From assembly GCA_934477125.1 (NCBI GenBank), contig CAKSOL010000004.1:106664-170663 (forward strand): 64,000 nt of DNA, written 5' to 3'. The notes beneath the pieces were generated by a model that made no database searches, was not told the DNA's origin, and saw nothing but the letters and a program-made list of their open reading frames with translations. The translations under genes were made by a program, and so were the position numbers. This stretch comes from an uncultured Eubacteriales bacterium. GTDB lineage: Bacteria; Bacillota; Clostridia; Oscillospirales; Acutalibacteraceae. Each line of letters begins with the position of its first letter. Position 1 is the stretch's first letter. Below are positions 9,548-19,886 of the stretch, in pieces.

Positions 9548-11272
9548 TCAGCTCTCCTTTTCGGAAAATACGTTCACCGGCTTTACAAAAACGGTTTTAT
9601 TGGTCGTGTATATAACCATTCCGGGCTTTGCGCCGCCCGGCTTTTTAACGTATTTCACCGGGGTATAATCAACAGGCACCTGCTCGGACTGCGCCGCCTT
9701 TGAATAAAATGCCGCAAGCTGAGCCGCCGCAAGCATAGTTTCATCGCTGACCGGCTGACCGCCGCAGCATATAACAACGTGAGAGCCGGGGATATTCTTC
9801 GTATGGAACCACAAATCGTTTTTCTCCGCCATACGGGTCGTTACGGCGTCGTTCTGGCGGTTATTGCGCCCGGCTAAAATTCTGTAGCCCTCGGCGCTGC
9901 AGTATTCAAGGGGCTTTGTCTCGGTTTTTTTGCGGCGCGCGCCCTTTGTCTGCGCCTTCATATACCCTCCGTCGCACAGCTCCTCGCGGATTTCCGCGAT
10001 ATCGGCAAGGCTCCTGCACCTCGAAACGCTTTCCTCAACCGTCTCAAGATAGGCGATTTCCTTTTCGTCCGAGGAGATAAGCCCGGTCAGGGTCTGCTCG
10101 GCGGTATAGCTTTTTTTATAGTCCTTAAAATACTTTGCCGCGTTGGCGGCAGGAGAAAGCGCCGGGTCGAGCGGAATACTGACCTGTTTCAGCTCCGGGT
10201 CATAATAATTCGGAACTCTGGCAAGCGCGCTGCCGGGCGCAACCGAATGAAGATTAGCTTTAAGCAGCTCCCCGTAAATTCTCAGCTGCTCCCTGTTTTC
10301 GCTTACTTTCAGCTCATCGCGGCGCAGAGCAAGCCGCTTAACCGCCCTTGAGAGAGCGCGGGAGACGGCTCGCGAAACGTCCGCCGAGGCAAGCTTTACC
10401 CGCGCGGCGGTGTCGCGTCCGGCGTAAAATTCATCGAGCAGGCGGCTGAAGGAGTCAAACTCGCGCGTTTCGGTCTCGCCGTACTGCCGGATATCGGTAT
10501 ACGAATAATCCGCCGGCGCGCCGTTTCTTATAAGCATAACCGGCTTTCCCTTTTCCGAAAGCGCCAAAGAAAGGCGCGAAAGCGCGGCGCGGAGCCTTTC
10601 GGGGTCGGTATCGCGGACAAGCGGGTCGCCGCCTGCAAGGTAAGCCGTCTCGCGCGCGATAAGCGGAGATATACCGTCCGCCGAGGAGAGCAGCGCCTTT
10701 GACAGCGGCAGCTCCGGCAGGCTCATAATCCGCTCCGCAAGCTCCTCAGCCGGCGCCGACAGCAAATTCAGCTTATCCTGCGGCTCAGGGTAGCAGTAAG
10801 CCGCTCCGGGCAGCAGCAGGCGTTTTCCGCTTTCGAGGTCGCTGCGGCGGATAGCGTCTATAATCCTGCCGCTCTGCGAAACGAGAACGATATTCGCCTG
10901 ATTTCCGATAAGCTCGCATATAATGCGCTCGGTCACCCTGTCGCCCATTTCATCGGTCGTTTCAAAATGCAGCTCCAGAATGCGCTCAAGCCCCGGCTGG
11001 GTAACGGCAGTAAGTCTCGCGCCGGAAAAATACTTTCGGGCGAGCATACAAAAGGTCGGCGGAGTGTCGGGGTTTTCGTATTTCTGCTCTGTGAACTGAG
11101 CTCTTGCCTCTCCGGGGCGCGCCGACAGCAGCAGCTTTGCGGCAAAGCCCTTTTTGCGCAGCAAAAATACCAGCTCATCGCGCGATGGCTGGTAAAGCTT
11201 ATCTATATGGCAGTCCGCCGCCGAGCTCAGCTCACCGGCAATTTTATGAGTAAATCCGCCGTCGAACGGCAT
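9548..11272 (-). CDS. rqcH: ribosome quality control factor RqcH (NFACT/fibronectin-binding protein A family)
   Basis: 574-aa NFACT-N/NFACT-R architecture (DUF814-like C-terminal half). Its size and motifs match Firmicutes FbpA/RqcH. Confidence 0.8.
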   Translation of the reverse strand: MPFDGGFTHKIAGELSSAADCHIDKLYQPSRDELVFLLRKKGFAAKLLLSARPGEARAQFTEQKYENPDTPPTFCMLARKYFSGARLTAVTQPGLERILELHFETTDEMGDRVTERIICELIGNQANIVLVSQSGRIIDAIRRSDLESGKRLLLPGAAYCYPEPQDKLNLLSAPAEELAERIMSLPELPLSKALLSSADGISPLIARETAYLAGGDPLVRDTDPERLRAALSRLSLALSEKGKPVMLIRNGAPADYSYTDIRQYGETETREFDSFSRLLDEFYAGRDTAARVKLASADVSRAVSRALSRAVKRLALRRDELKVSENREQLRIYGELLKANLHSVAPGSALARVPNYYDPELKQVSIPLDPALSPAANAAKYFKDYKKSYTAEQTLTGLISSDEKEIAYLETVEESVSRCRSLADIAEIREELCDGGYMKAQTKGARRKKTETKPLEYCSAEGYRILAGRNNRQNDAVTTRMAEKNDLWFHTKNIPGSHVVICCGGQPVSDETMLAAAQLAAFYSKAAQSEQVPVDYTPVKYVKKPGGAKPGMVIYTTNKTVFVKPVNVFSEKES

Positions 11273-11308
11273 AGGCTACCTCCGTTTGTTTAAATTTTTC
11301 GCTGATTT

Positions 11309-12010
11309 TCAGCCGTTTTTCAGCTGTTTTTCGGCGCACATCGGATACAGCCGCTCGATTTCACGGACGGCTGCCGAAAGCGCGTTATATTCATCGCGCC
11401 TTTGCGGAATATTTTCTATATCCCCGGCGCAGACCGACAGCCGCTTATACTGCTTTTCGATATAAGCTCTGCCCGGCGCGGTTCCGGGGGTGATTTTCCC
11501 TATGTAGCGCTCCGCAGGGGAAAGCGCGCGCGGCTTTCCGCAGAACCTCGCGCATATAACCGAATAGGCTCTTTTTCCCTCTGCGGCAGCGGTTTCGCTC
11601 TCTGCCGAAAAGCCGTTTTCCGCGAGATAGTCCCGCAGCGCCTCGGCGGAGGTCATAGCCTGTAAAATAAGCAGAATGCCGCTGCTTTTAACCCAGCCGC
11701 AGCGGTCGATTATCCCGGCGATAACCTCTCCGCCCATTCCGGCTATAATAACGGTATCGGCCTCGCCGGCGTTTATTCCGGAAAGACCGTCGCACAGGCG
11801 GAAATCGAGCGATACTCCGTATCGGGCGGCGTTTTTCCGCGCAGATTCAAGCGGAAGCGGGCGCAAATCGGCGGAAATCACCGAACGCGCCCTGCCGCTC
11901 TTTGCGAGATATACCGAAAGATAGCCGTGGTCGCAGCCGATATCGCAGACTGCGGCTCCCTGCGGCACAAGCGAGGCGATAAGGCTCAGCCTTTCACCGA
12001 GGGGAATCAC
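11309..12010 (-). CDS. trmK: tRNA (adenine22-N1)-methyltransferase
   Basis: Class I SAM-dependent methyltransferase motif (VCDIGCDHGYLSVYL) with a TrmK-like C-terminal coiled region. Confidence 0.75.
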   Translation of the reverse strand: MIPLGERLSLIASLVPQGAAVCDIGCDHGYLSVYLAKSGRARSVISADLRPLPLESARKNAARYGVSLDFRLCDGLSGINAGEADTVIIAGMGGEVIAGIIDRCGWVKSSGILLILQAMTSAEALRDYLAENGFSAESETAAAEGKRAYSVICARFCGKPRALSPAERYIGKITPGTAPGRAYIEKQYKRLSVCAGDIENIPQRRDEYNALSAAVREIERLYPMCAEKQLKNG

Positions 12011-12207
12011 TTCTGCTCAAAATGGCGGTTGAGCTTGGCTATAAGCTCGTCGCAGTCGGTTCCGTGAACCTCGCACGCCTGCTCAATGCTCTCTCCGCGC
12101 GACGCAGGGCAGCCGAGACAGTGCATTCCTATCTCGAAAAAATACTCCGCGGCGCTCTGATCCATATCGAGAACCTCGCCTATAAGCATATCCTTTGTTA
12201 TTTTCAT
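12007..12207 (-). CDS. DUF1858 domain protein
   Basis: 66 aa with MKITKDMLIGEVL...HCLGCP, typical of DUF1858. Confidence 0.6.
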   Translation of the reverse strand: MKITKDMLIGEVLDMDQSAAEYFFEIGMHCLGCPASRGESIEQACEVHGTDCDELIAKLNRHFEQK

Positions 12208-12278
12208 TCTAAAACATTCCTTTCTTTTTCCGGCGGCAGAGCCGAACCTGTCGGCTCCGCGCCGCGCGGATAAAAAAT

Positions 12279-13247
12279 TTAAAACAATTTTGTTTCCTTT
12301 GTAAGGTCGCTGCGCGTATGATGGAAAAGCTTGCGGTTATCAAGCGCCCAAAGCCGCTGCGAAAAGTCGTTTTCAGCCGTCGCGCCGACCGCCTCGCGCA
12401 TTTCGTAAACCCGCGCGTCCATAAGGTCCAGCTCGCTGAGGATTTCAGCCTCGATAAACATCGGTCTGACCGCCGCGCCGAACTCCGGCTCGCCGTGGTG
12501 AGACAAAATCATATGCTCAACCAGCATTGCCGTTTCCGGGTTTATTCCGAGCCTTTCGGCGTATTTCGCAACCGTTACGGTTCCCATGGCGATATGGCCG
12601 AGAAGATTTCCGGCAACGGTATAGCCCTCAGGCGTTCCGAGAGGAGTTACGACAAATTCCTCGATTTTGGCGATATCGTGAAGTATAGCGCCGGCAAGCA
12701 GCAGGTCGCGGTCAACAAACGTATATATACCGCAGACTCCCTGCGCTAAGCGGACAATCGACAGCGTGTGCATTAAAAGTCCGCCGCGGATGGCATGGTG
12801 AAGCTTGAACGCTGCCGGCCAATAAAGCAGCGCGAGCCGCCTGTCCTTTAAAATCTCGGTTACGAGCAGTCTTAAATTATCATCTGCAAAGCCGCCGGCA
12901 ATATTCATCAGCTCATCGAACATCTGCTGACCGGAATACTCCGCGCTCTGAACCAGCTCCTCGGCTTTAACGTTATCCGCATCGGTTACCGGGCGGATGC
13001 GCTCGATATTGAACTGGTCGGAGCCGTTGAACTCGCGGATAACTCCGCGAACCTTAACCGCCTCGCCTGCCGAATACTCGCCGTGCTCCGACGGGATATA
13101 GCGCCAGAGCTTTGCGTTTATGCTCCCTGTCCGGTCGCCGAGGGTCATATCGAGATAGTCGCCGTTTTTTCCGCTTTTGCGCTCGACGGCGGTTACAAGG
13201 CAGAAGCCCTCGACGCGGCCGCTGTTTTCAATAGGAGTGAAATTCAT
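12279..13247 (-). CDS. yhaM: 3'-5' exoribonuclease YhaM
   Basis: N-terminal OB-fold plus an HD domain (HTLSIVRLAQ...ILHDIAK...HMILSHHGEPEFGA). Confidence 0.8.
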   Translation of the reverse strand: MNFTPIENSGRVEGFCLVTAVERKSGKNGDYLDMTLGDRTGSINAKLWRYIPSEHGEYSAGEAVKVRGVIREFNGSDQFNIERIRPVTDADNVKAEELVQSAEYSGQQMFDELMNIAGGFADDNLRLLVTEILKDRRLALLYWPAAFKLHHAIRGGLLMHTLSIVRLAQGVCGIYTFVDRDLLLAGAILHDIAKIEEFVVTPLGTPEGYTVAGNLLGHIAMGTVTVAKYAERLGINPETAMLVEHMILSHHGEPEFGAAVRPMFIEAEILSELDLMDARVYEMREAVGATAENDFSQRLWALDNRKLFHHTRSDLTKETKLF

Positions 13248-13254
13248 AAAACAG

Positions 13255-14532
13255 TTATTCCTTTATTATAATATTTTCTCTTGCCGGACCGTTGCTTACC
13301 ATTTTTATCTCAAAGCCTATCTGCTTTTCGATAAATTCGATATAGCGGCGGCAGTTTTCGGGAAGCTCGGAATACTTCGTTATTCCGGAAATATCGCATT
13401 TCCAGCCCGGCAGAGTTTCGTAAACCGGCTTTGCGCGCTCAAGCAGACCGGTTACCGGGAAATCGGTTGTTACCTTACCGTCGATTTCATAGCCGGTGCA
13501 GACCTTTAATTCGTCGAGATAGCCGAGAGCGTCAACAACGGTCAGGACCGCGTGAGTCGTGCCCTGAACCTCGCAGCCGTAGCGCGTGGCAACACAGTCG
13601 AACCAGCCCATTCTGCGCGGTCTGCCGGTTGTAGCGCCGTATTCGCCGCCGTCGCCGCCGTGGTCGCGCATCGCCTTTGCCTCGTCGCCGAATATCTCGC
13701 TGACGAACGCTCCCGCGCCGACAGCCGAGGAATAAGCCTTTATAACCGTATAGATTTCCTTTATCGCATAGGGCGGAACCCCTGCGCCGACAGCGCCGTA
13801 GCCGGCTATCGTATTTGAGGAGGTAACCATCGGGTAAATACCGTGGTCAGTATCCTTGAGCGAGCCGAGCTGACCCTCCAAAAGAATGGTCTTGCCCTGC
13901 TTTTCGGCGTTATAAACCAGCTTGCGGACGTCGCCCACAAACGGCTCAAGACCCTTTTTCCAGGTCATCATTTTATCGAAAATTTCATCGACCGAAAGCG
14001 GCTCCTTATGGTAAAGGTCGCGGATAAGTATGTTCTTGACCTCTAAAATTCTTTCGAGCTTTGCCCTCAGCGCCGTTTCATCGAACAGCTCGCAGACCTG
14101 AAAGCCGGTTTTCGCATATTTATCCGAATAAAACGGAGCAATTCCCGATTTTGTTGAGCCGAAACTCGCCTTTCCGAGCCGCTCCTCCTCGTAAACGTCA
14201 AACAAAACGTGGTAAGGCATAACCATCTGGCAGCGCTCCGAAACCATAAGCTTAGGCGCGGGAACTCCCTGTTCGACAACGCTGTTATACTCCTTCAGCA
14301 GCTTATCAACGTCCAGCGCGACGCCGTTTCCGATGCAGTTTATAACGCCGGGGTTAAAAACGCCTGACGGCAGGGTATGCAGAGCGAATTTACCGTATTC
14401 GTTCTTTATAGTATGCCCGGCATTGGCGCCCCCCTGAAAACGAACGACTATATCGGCGTTTCCGGCAAGCATATCGGTTATTTTACCCTTGCCCTCGTCG
14501 CCCCAGTTTGCGCCTACAACAGCCTTAACCAT
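13255..14532 (-). CDS. purA: adenylosuccinate synthase
   Basis: GANWGDEGKGK P-loop, GGANAGHT motif, and full-length similarity in feel to PurA. Confidence 0.95.
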   Translation of the reverse strand: MVKAVVGANWGDEGKGKITDMLAGNADIVVRFQGGANAGHTIKNEYGKFALHTLPSGVFNPGVINCIGNGVALDVDKLLKEYNSVVEQGVPAPKLMVSERCQMVMPYHVLFDVYEEERLGKASFGSTKSGIAPFYSDKYAKTGFQVCELFDETALRAKLERILEVKNILIRDLYHKEPLSVDEIFDKMMTWKKGLEPFVGDVRKLVYNAEKQGKTILLEGQLGSLKDTDHGIYPMVTSSNTIAGYGAVGAGVPPYAIKEIYTVIKAYSSAVGAGAFVSEIFGDEAKAMRDHGGDGGEYGATTGRPRRMGWFDCVATRYGCEVQGTTHAVLTVVDALGYLDELKVCTGYEIDGKVTTDFPVTGLLERAKPVYETLPGWKCDISGITKYSELPENCRRYIEFIEKQIGFEIKMVSNGPARENIIIKE

Positions 14533-14642
14533 AACAGAAACTCCCCCAAATTCAATTATCCTGCGCGAATTTTCGCACAGAGACTATTATACTATGCCGC
14601 GCCTGTAAATTCAAGCACTAACGGGTACATTTAATAAAAAGT

Positions 14643-15146
14643 TCATCTGAAAATACGATATCTCTTTACCGCATAAAACAGAGGATCGCCGAGCAGGAAG
14701 CAGGCGGCAAGCTCTCCGAGACCGACGGTTGCCGCCGAGGAAACAAAGCCCCAGACCGCCGCGCCCTCCGGCAGAAAGAAAATATCTATCTCAAGACCTA
14801 TAATAACCGCGTTCAGCACCACCGGCGACAGAAACGACAGCACCGGCAGACCCTTAACGCAGATTTTCCGCAGCAGGTAGGTTAAAACCGCCGCCGCGAG
14901 GGTTGCGCCCGTTCCGAAAATCATATCGACCGCGCCGATAGGCGAAATTATATTTGAAATAAAGCAGCCGAGAACCAAACCCGGAATTGCCGCGGGAGTG
15001 AAAACCGGGAGGACGGTCAGCGCCTCGGAAATCCGCAGCTGAACGGGACCGAAAGCGAGGTTAAGCAGATTGCTTATCATCGTAAGTCCGATATAAGCGG
15101 CGGCTATCAGCGCGCCCTCAACGATGAATTTTATTTTCCTGTTCAT
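14643..15146 (-). CDS. queT: queuosine precursor transporter QueT family
   Basis: 167-aa ECF-S-like membrane protein with the conserved QueT N-terminus ([19 protein letters not shown]). Confidence 0.65.
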   Translation of the reverse strand: MNRKIKFIVEGALIAAAYIGLTMISNLLNLAFGPVQLRISEALTVLPVFTPAAIPGLVLGCFISNIISPIGAVDMIFGTGATLAAAVLTYLLRKICVKGLPVLSFLSPVVLNAVIIGLEIDIFFLPEGAAVWGFVSSAATVGLGELAACFLLGDPLFYAVKRYRIFR

Positions 15147-15592
15147 TCCTTATTCTCCTGCAATGCCTTGTAATAAGCGACGGCAAGCGCGTCGCACCGC
15201 TCGTTCTCCGGGTGGCCGTTATGCCCCCTGACCCATTCTATCTCAACCGTATGACGTTCGGTAAGCAGCAGCAGTTTTTCCCATAGGTCGGCATTGAGCG
15301 CAGGCTTTTTATCCGCCTTGCGCCAGCCGTTTTCCCTCCAGGACGCCGCCCAGCCCTTGCCGATACCGTCCGCCACGTAGCGCGAATCGGTTACAAGTCT
15401 TACCCGGCATGGCTCTTTAAGCGCGGAAAGACCCATTATGACCGCAGTAAGCTCCATTCGGTTATTCGTTGTATTTTCTTCTCCGCCGGAAAGCTCCTTT
15501 TCTATGCCGTTATAGCGCAGAATCGCTCCCCAGCCGCCCGGACCCGGATTTCCGGAGCAGGCGCCGTCGGTAAAAAGCTCGATTTCCTTCAT
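15143..15592 (-). CDS. rnhA: ribonuclease HI
   Basis: [25 protein letters not shown], with DEDD catalytic residues in context. Confidence 0.9.
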   Translation of the reverse strand: MKEIELFTDGACSGNPGPGGWGAILRYNGIEKELSGGEENTTNNRMELTAVIMGLSALKEPCRVRLVTDSRYVADGIGKGWAASWRENGWRKADKKPALNADLWEKLLLLTERHTVEIEWVRGHNGHPENERCDALAVAYYKALQENKE

Positions 15593-15600
15593 ATCCTGCC

Positions 15601-16203
15601 TCAGTATTTGCGCCAGCTGCCGACAACGCGCCCCAAAACCTTGGGTTCCTTGGGGATTATCGGTTCAAAATCGGGATTTTCGGGCATAAAGACAACTCTG
15701 CCGCTCTTTTCGATAACGAGCCGCTTAACGGTCGCCTCCTCGCCGTCCATTCCGATTATTATATCGCCGCTGCGGCAGGGGGAATTTTTATCGGCTATGA
15801 TTATGTCGCCGTCGAGTATTCCGGCGTCGCGCATACTGAGTCCCTGAACGCGCAGGGCGAAAAGCCCGGACGCATCCTTAGCCGGATAGGGAATATAATC
15901 GACTATTTCCTCAACCGCCAGTATCGGCTGACCTGCCGTTACCCTGCCTATCAGCGGAACCATAGACGCATCGTATTCCGAATCGAGCCTTATAGCCCTC
16001 GAATAGCGCGAATCTCGCGAGATATAGCCTGCCTCCTCAAGGGCGTTTAAAATTCCGTGAACCGTTGAGGTTGAGCGGATACCGGTAGCGGCGCAGATTT
16101 CCCTTACCGTAGGCGGTATTCCGCCGGATTGCAGCTGACCGGCAAGGTATTCATAAACCGCGCGCTGTTTTTCGGATAACGGACGTTTTTCCAAAATCAT
16201 CAC
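15601..16203 (-). CDS. lexA: LexA repressor
   Basis: N-terminal wHTH ([19 protein letters not shown]) and a C-terminal S24 peptidase with catalytic Ser and Lys. A Cheo-type SOS box lies just upstream. Confidence 0.9.
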   Translation of the reverse strand: MMILEKRPLSEKQRAVYEYLAGQLQSGGIPPTVREICAATGIRSTSTVHGILNALEEAGYISRDSRYSRAIRLDSEYDASMVPLIGRVTAGQPILAVEEIVDYIPYPAKDASGLFALRVQGLSMRDAGILDGDIIIADKNSPCRSGDIIIGMDGEEATVKRLVIEKSGRVVFMPENPDFEPIIPKEPKVLGRVVGSWRKY

Positions 16204-16211
16204 TCCGCAAA

Positions 16212-16227
16212 AAGAACATTTGTTTTT
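16212..16227. promoter_or_regulatory. LexA (Cheo-type) SOS box upstream of lexA
   Basis: AGAACATTTGTTT matches the Gram-positive GAAC-N4-GTTC consensus with one mismatch. Lies 10-25 nt upstream of the lexA start. Confidence 0.55.
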
Positions 16228-16275
16228 ATTATAGCACCGATACCGGCGTTTTTCAATAATTTTTAACCGGATTTT

Positions 16276-17841
16276 TTAAAAAGAGCGGATAACCGCCTCG
16301 GCGGCGCGTATTCCGTCAACGGCGGCGGAGGTTATTCCGCCTGCATAGCCTGCGCCCTCGCCGCAGGGGAAAAGTCCCGCTGCGTTTACGCTCTGCCCGG
16401 TCTCATTCCTCGTTATTCTGACAGGCGAGGAGGAGCGGGTTTCGGGAGCCGTTAAAACGGCTCCGGCGTTTGCAAAGCCCGGCAGCTTTTTATCAAGCTC
16501 GGGCAGTCCGGCTTTAAGCGATTCGATTATAAAATCGGGGAAAATCTCCGAAAAATCCGCCGGGGCGGCTTTCGGTCTTACCGTCGGCTCGACAGCCGCG
16601 CAGAACGCAAGCCCTTTACCCAGAAATTCGCCGACCGTCGTTACCGGAACGGCGCCGTCTGCCGCGCGGAACGCCGCAGCCTCGATTTTTCGCTGAAGCT
16701 CGCAGCCTGCGAGAACGCCGTCCCCCGGGAAATCGCCCGGCTCAACTCCGACAAGCACCGCGCTGTTGGCGTTTTTACCGTCCCTGCGGCTGCCGCTCAT
16801 TCCGTTTACGGCTATATGCCCGCTTTCGCTTGAAGCGTTGATAACACTCCCTCCGGGACACATACAAAAGGTATATACCCCTCTGCCGTTTTTAAGGTGA
16901 ACCGCCAATTTATAATCCGCCGCGCCGAGAGCCGGATGACCTGCCGCTCTGCCGTAGAGCGCGCGGTTTATATCGCTTTGCGGATGCTCTATTCTGACGC
17001 CGACGGAAAACGGCTTGCGCTCCAAGGCTATGCCTAATCGGCGCAGCAGCTCAAAGGTATCCCTTGCGGAATGGCCGCAGGCGAGAATAAGGCGGTTACA
17101 TTCAATTCTTTCTCCGCCTGCCTCAATACCGCAGACCGCGCCGTTTTCCGTTATGATATTTTCAAGTCTTGTTTCAAAGCGCACCTCGCCGCCGAGGGAG
17201 ATTATTTCCTCGCGCAGACGCTTTACGACCCCCGGCAGAATATCGGTTCCGATATGCGGCTTTGCGTTTATCAGGATATCCTCGGGCGCGCCGAACCGGA
17301 CAAAATCCTCCAGCACCGCGCGGCAGCGGACGTCCTTTATACCGGTATTGAGCTTGCCGTCCGAAAAGGTTCCGGCTCCGCCCTCGCCGAACTGAACGTT
17401 GGACTCCTCATTCAGCTCTCCGCCGCTCCAGAAGCGTTCAACGTCCTTTGCTCTTTCCTCAACCGCTTTTCCTCTTTCAATTATAACCGGGTGCAGTCCG
17501 GCGCGGCTGAGGGTAAGACCTGCGAACATTCCTGCCGGACCGAAGCCGACAACAACCGGGCGAAGCTGCGGCAGAACATCGGCAACGGGCGGAGCATAGG
17601 TTTTTTTAACATATCTCTGCGCCTTTTTCGAGCGCGATATAAGACGGTTTTCCCCGGCGGCGTCAACCAGCAGAGAACAGCAGAAATGCACCCTGTCGCG
17701 CCGTCTTGCGTCGACCGACCGCCGGTAAAGGCTCGCCGAGCGGATATACTGCAAATCGGTTTTAAGCTCCCTTGCCGCGGCCTCGCGCAGTCTTGAAAAA
17801 TCGGTTCCGAGAGGGAGGTCTATATTGCTTAAAAGTATCAT
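16276..17841 (-). CDS. NAD(P)/FAD-dependent oxidoreductase (COG2509-type)
   Basis: GFGPAGMFAGL dinucleotide-binding motif and an FAD-dependent dehydrogenase C-terminal domain. Confidence 0.7.
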   Translation of the reverse strand: MILLSNIDLPLGTDFSRLREAAARELKTDLQYIRSASLYRRSVDARRRDRVHFCCSLLVDAAGENRLISRSKKAQRYVKKTYAPPVADVLPQLRPVVVGFGPAGMFAGLTLSRAGLHPVIIERGKAVEERAKDVERFWSGGELNEESNVQFGEGGAGTFSDGKLNTGIKDVRCRAVLEDFVRFGAPEDILINAKPHIGTDILPGVVKRLREEIISLGGEVRFETRLENIITENGAVCGIEAGGERIECNRLILACGHSARDTFELLRRLGIALERKPFSVGVRIEHPQSDINRALYGRAAGHPALGAADYKLAVHLKNGRGVYTFCMCPGGSVINASSESGHIAVNGMSGSRRDGKNANSAVLVGVEPGDFPGDGVLAGCELQRKIEAAAFRAADGAVPVTTVGEFLGKGLAFCAAVEPTVRPKAAPADFSEIFPDFIIESLKAGLPELDKKLPGFANAGAVLTAPETRSSSPVRITRNETGQSVNAAGLFPCGEGAGYAGGITSAAVDGIRAAEAVIRSF

Positions 17842-19112
17842 TTTTCAGTTTCCTTTTGAGTTATTGCGTCCGCCGCAGCCATTGCGCTGCTCCAAGCCCA
17901 TTGCAGGTTAAAGCCGCCGCAGTCGCCGTCTATATCGAGAATTTCCCCGGCGGCGTAAAGTCCCCTGTCGCGCAAGGATTCCATCGTTTCAGCCGAAAAT
18001 GCCGAGGTGTCGAGTCCTCCGGAGGTGACCTGGGAATTTATAAAGCCGGTTGTTCCCGAAACCGGGAATTTCCAGCTATGTATCATTCGGGACAATGCCT
18101 TTATATCGCCGTTTTGAACCCTGCCGGAAATTTTGCAGAGCTTTAAAAGGGTCTGTCCGACGCGTTTATTGAGCAGACCGGTAAAAAATTCCTCCGCCGG
18201 GCGTTCCCCGATATCCGAAACGCGAAGACTGAGCAGGCGGACGGTTTCCGCGCCGTCATACTGCGGCATAAGGTCAAGGGAAATTTCAAGTCCCCTTTCG
18301 TTTCTTCCGGCGGCGCGGGAAAGCTGAAGTATCGGCGGACCCGAAAGCCCGTAATCGCAGAAAAGCACCTCGCCGCTCTCTCGCCTTACCGCCCTTCCGT
18401 CCTTCAACAGCGCTGCCGCCGCGTTTACCTTTATTCCTTTTAGCGGTCTGACGGCGGCAGGGTCGGTTTTAAGCTGAACTATCGCCGGGGCAGGAGCTAC
18501 GGTCGGGTAGCCCTTTTTTCCGAACATTCCGAACAGCGCGCCGGTGCTTCCGAGCTTATCTCCTCCGGAATACATTCCTCCGGCGGCTATCAGATAGCGG
18601 CAGGTAAGCGCGCCGTCCGCGGTTTTAACCGAATACCCGCCGTTTTCCCTTTTGAAATCGGAAACGGCGCAGTCGCACCGCACGTCAGCCCCGCATTCGG
18701 CGGCGGCGAAACGCAGCGCGTCAACAACCGAGGAGGCTTGCAGCGAATAAGGGTAGCCGCGCCCGGTTTCATCATAGGTTATAACAACGCCGACCGAGGA
18801 AAAAAATTCCTCCGTCCGCGCGCCGCCGTATTTTTCAAGGGCAGGCAGGCAGAAGCCGGGGTGCGCGCCGTGGTACCGCTCGGGGCGGATTTCGCGGTTC
18901 GTTATATTGCATCTGCCGTTGCCGGTAACAATCAGCTTTTTCCCCACCCTCGGCAGCTGTTCGAGCAGAACGACCTTTAAGTGCGGAAGATTTTTCTTAA
19001 GTCTTACCGCCGCGCAGAGTCCTGCCGCTCCGCCGCCGATTATTATAACGTCGCAGTCTGGTTTAATGCCGTTCATTTTCATCGGAAAAGGTCTCGCAGA
19101 ATCTTGCCGCAA
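17838..19112 (-). CDS. HI0933/BaiN-like FAD-binding flavoprotein (aminoacetone oxidase family)
   Basis: IIIGGGAAGL Rossmann motif and HI0933-like C-terminal segments. An alternative start at ~19082 (MKMNGIK) is possible. Confidence 0.7.
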   Translation of the reverse strand: MRQDSARPFPMKMNGIKPDCDVIIIGGGAAGLCAAVRLKKNLPHLKVVLLEQLPRVGKKLIVTGNGRCNITNREIRPERYHGAHPGFCLPALEKYGGARTEEFFSSVGVVITYDETGRGYPYSLQASSVVDALRFAAAECGADVRCDCAVSDFKRENGGYSVKTADGALTCRYLIAAGGMYSGGDKLGSTGALFGMFGKKGYPTVAPAPAIVQLKTDPAAVRPLKGIKVNAAAALLKDGRAVRRESGEVLFCDYGLSGPPILQLSRAAGRNERGLEISLDLMPQYDGAETVRLLSLRVSDIGERPAEEFFTGLLNKRVGQTLLKLCKISGRVQNGDIKALSRMIHSWKFPVSGTTGFINSQVTSGGLDTSAFSAETMESLRDRGLYAAGEILDIDGDCGGFNLQWAWSSAMAAADAITQKETEK

Positions 19113-19788
19113 AGGAGGCAGGCTCGCCGGCGGCGTTCAGATGGGAAAGGTCGCCGAAGCCGTTGCAGCGGAAATAGGCAACGCCCTTTTCCCTTTCCTC
19201 GGTTATCATAGTCGTAACCGAGGAGGGCAGCGCAACAAAGCCCTGCCACAAAACCAGCGGCGAAACGCCGAGCAGGTGAGACAGAAGAACGCACTCAACG
19301 CCGAAATGGCAGAACAGCGCAACCGTTTCGCGGTTCTCGCGCTCGACCCGGTAACAGCTTGCCTCGCGGACGTAGCCGTGGCTTTCGAGCAGGCTGTCAA
19401 GTCCGCGGCAGACCTCGCCGTAGCGTTTTTCAACGTTTCCGCTTTGGAAAAGCTCGGTTTTAAGCCATTTTGAGCGGTCGTAATAATCGGGAACGCGCGT
19501 CCAGTATGAGGGCATAAGGTCCCAGGGTATTCTTTTATCCCCGGTTTCGGGGTCTGTTATATATCCGGAAAATTCCTCGAGCCAGTCCATAGTCTGAGCC
19601 GCGGCGCCGTAACGCCTGAGGGTCGGCTCGGCGGTAGCCTGCGCCCTGCCGAGCGGCGAGCAATAGAATGAGGAAATACCGAGTCCCGACAGCCGTTCCG
19701 AGAGCAGCTCAGCCTCGCGCCTGCCCTTGGGGGTCAGGGAGTCGTTTACGTAATCGGGGTCGCCGTGACGAATAATTAAGAGTTTCAA
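19063..19788 (-). CDS. histidine phosphatase family protein (phosphoglycerate mutase-like)
   Basis: LIIRHGDPDY catalytic RHG motif. Confidence 0.75.
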   Translation of the reverse strand: MKLLIIRHGDPDYVNDSLTPKGRREAELLSERLSGLGISSFYCSPLGRAQATAEPTLRRYGAAAQTMDWLEEFSGYITDPETGDKRIPWDLMPSYWTRVPDYYDRSKWLKTELFQSGNVEKRYGEVCRGLDSLLESHGYVREASCYRVERENRETVALFCHFGVECVLLSHLLGVSPLVLWQGFVALPSSVTTMITEEREKGVAYFRCNGFGDLSHLNAAGEPASFAARFCETFSDENERH

Positions 19789-19810
19789 AAAATCACCTTT
19801 TCGACTGTTG

Positions 19811-19830
19811 GATTTAAGACGTTAGATTTG
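19811..19830 (-). repeat. degenerate inverted partner of heptamer array (TTAGAYN units)
   Basis: TTAAGACGTTAGATTTG. Its reverse complement reads AATCTAA-CGTCTTA. Lies 22 nt from the forward array. Confidence 0.5.
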
Positions 19831-19851
19831 CAGTAAATGAGATTGTGCGCA

Positions 19852-19886
19852 GGTCTAATATCTAACATCTAATGTCTAATGTCTAA
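19852..19886 (+). repeat. NNTCTAA heptamer tandem array (5 units)
   Basis: GGTCTAA-TATCTAA-CATCTAA-TGTCTAA-TGTCTAA. The last units encode the C-terminal RH and the TAG stop of fprA on the opposite strand. Confidence 0.85.

Noticed and set aside
14533-14642. Possible purine riboswitch upstream of purA
   Set aside because: The minus-strand leader shows a plain TTGAAT-17-TATAAT promoter and a short leader with no purine-aptamer junction motifs.
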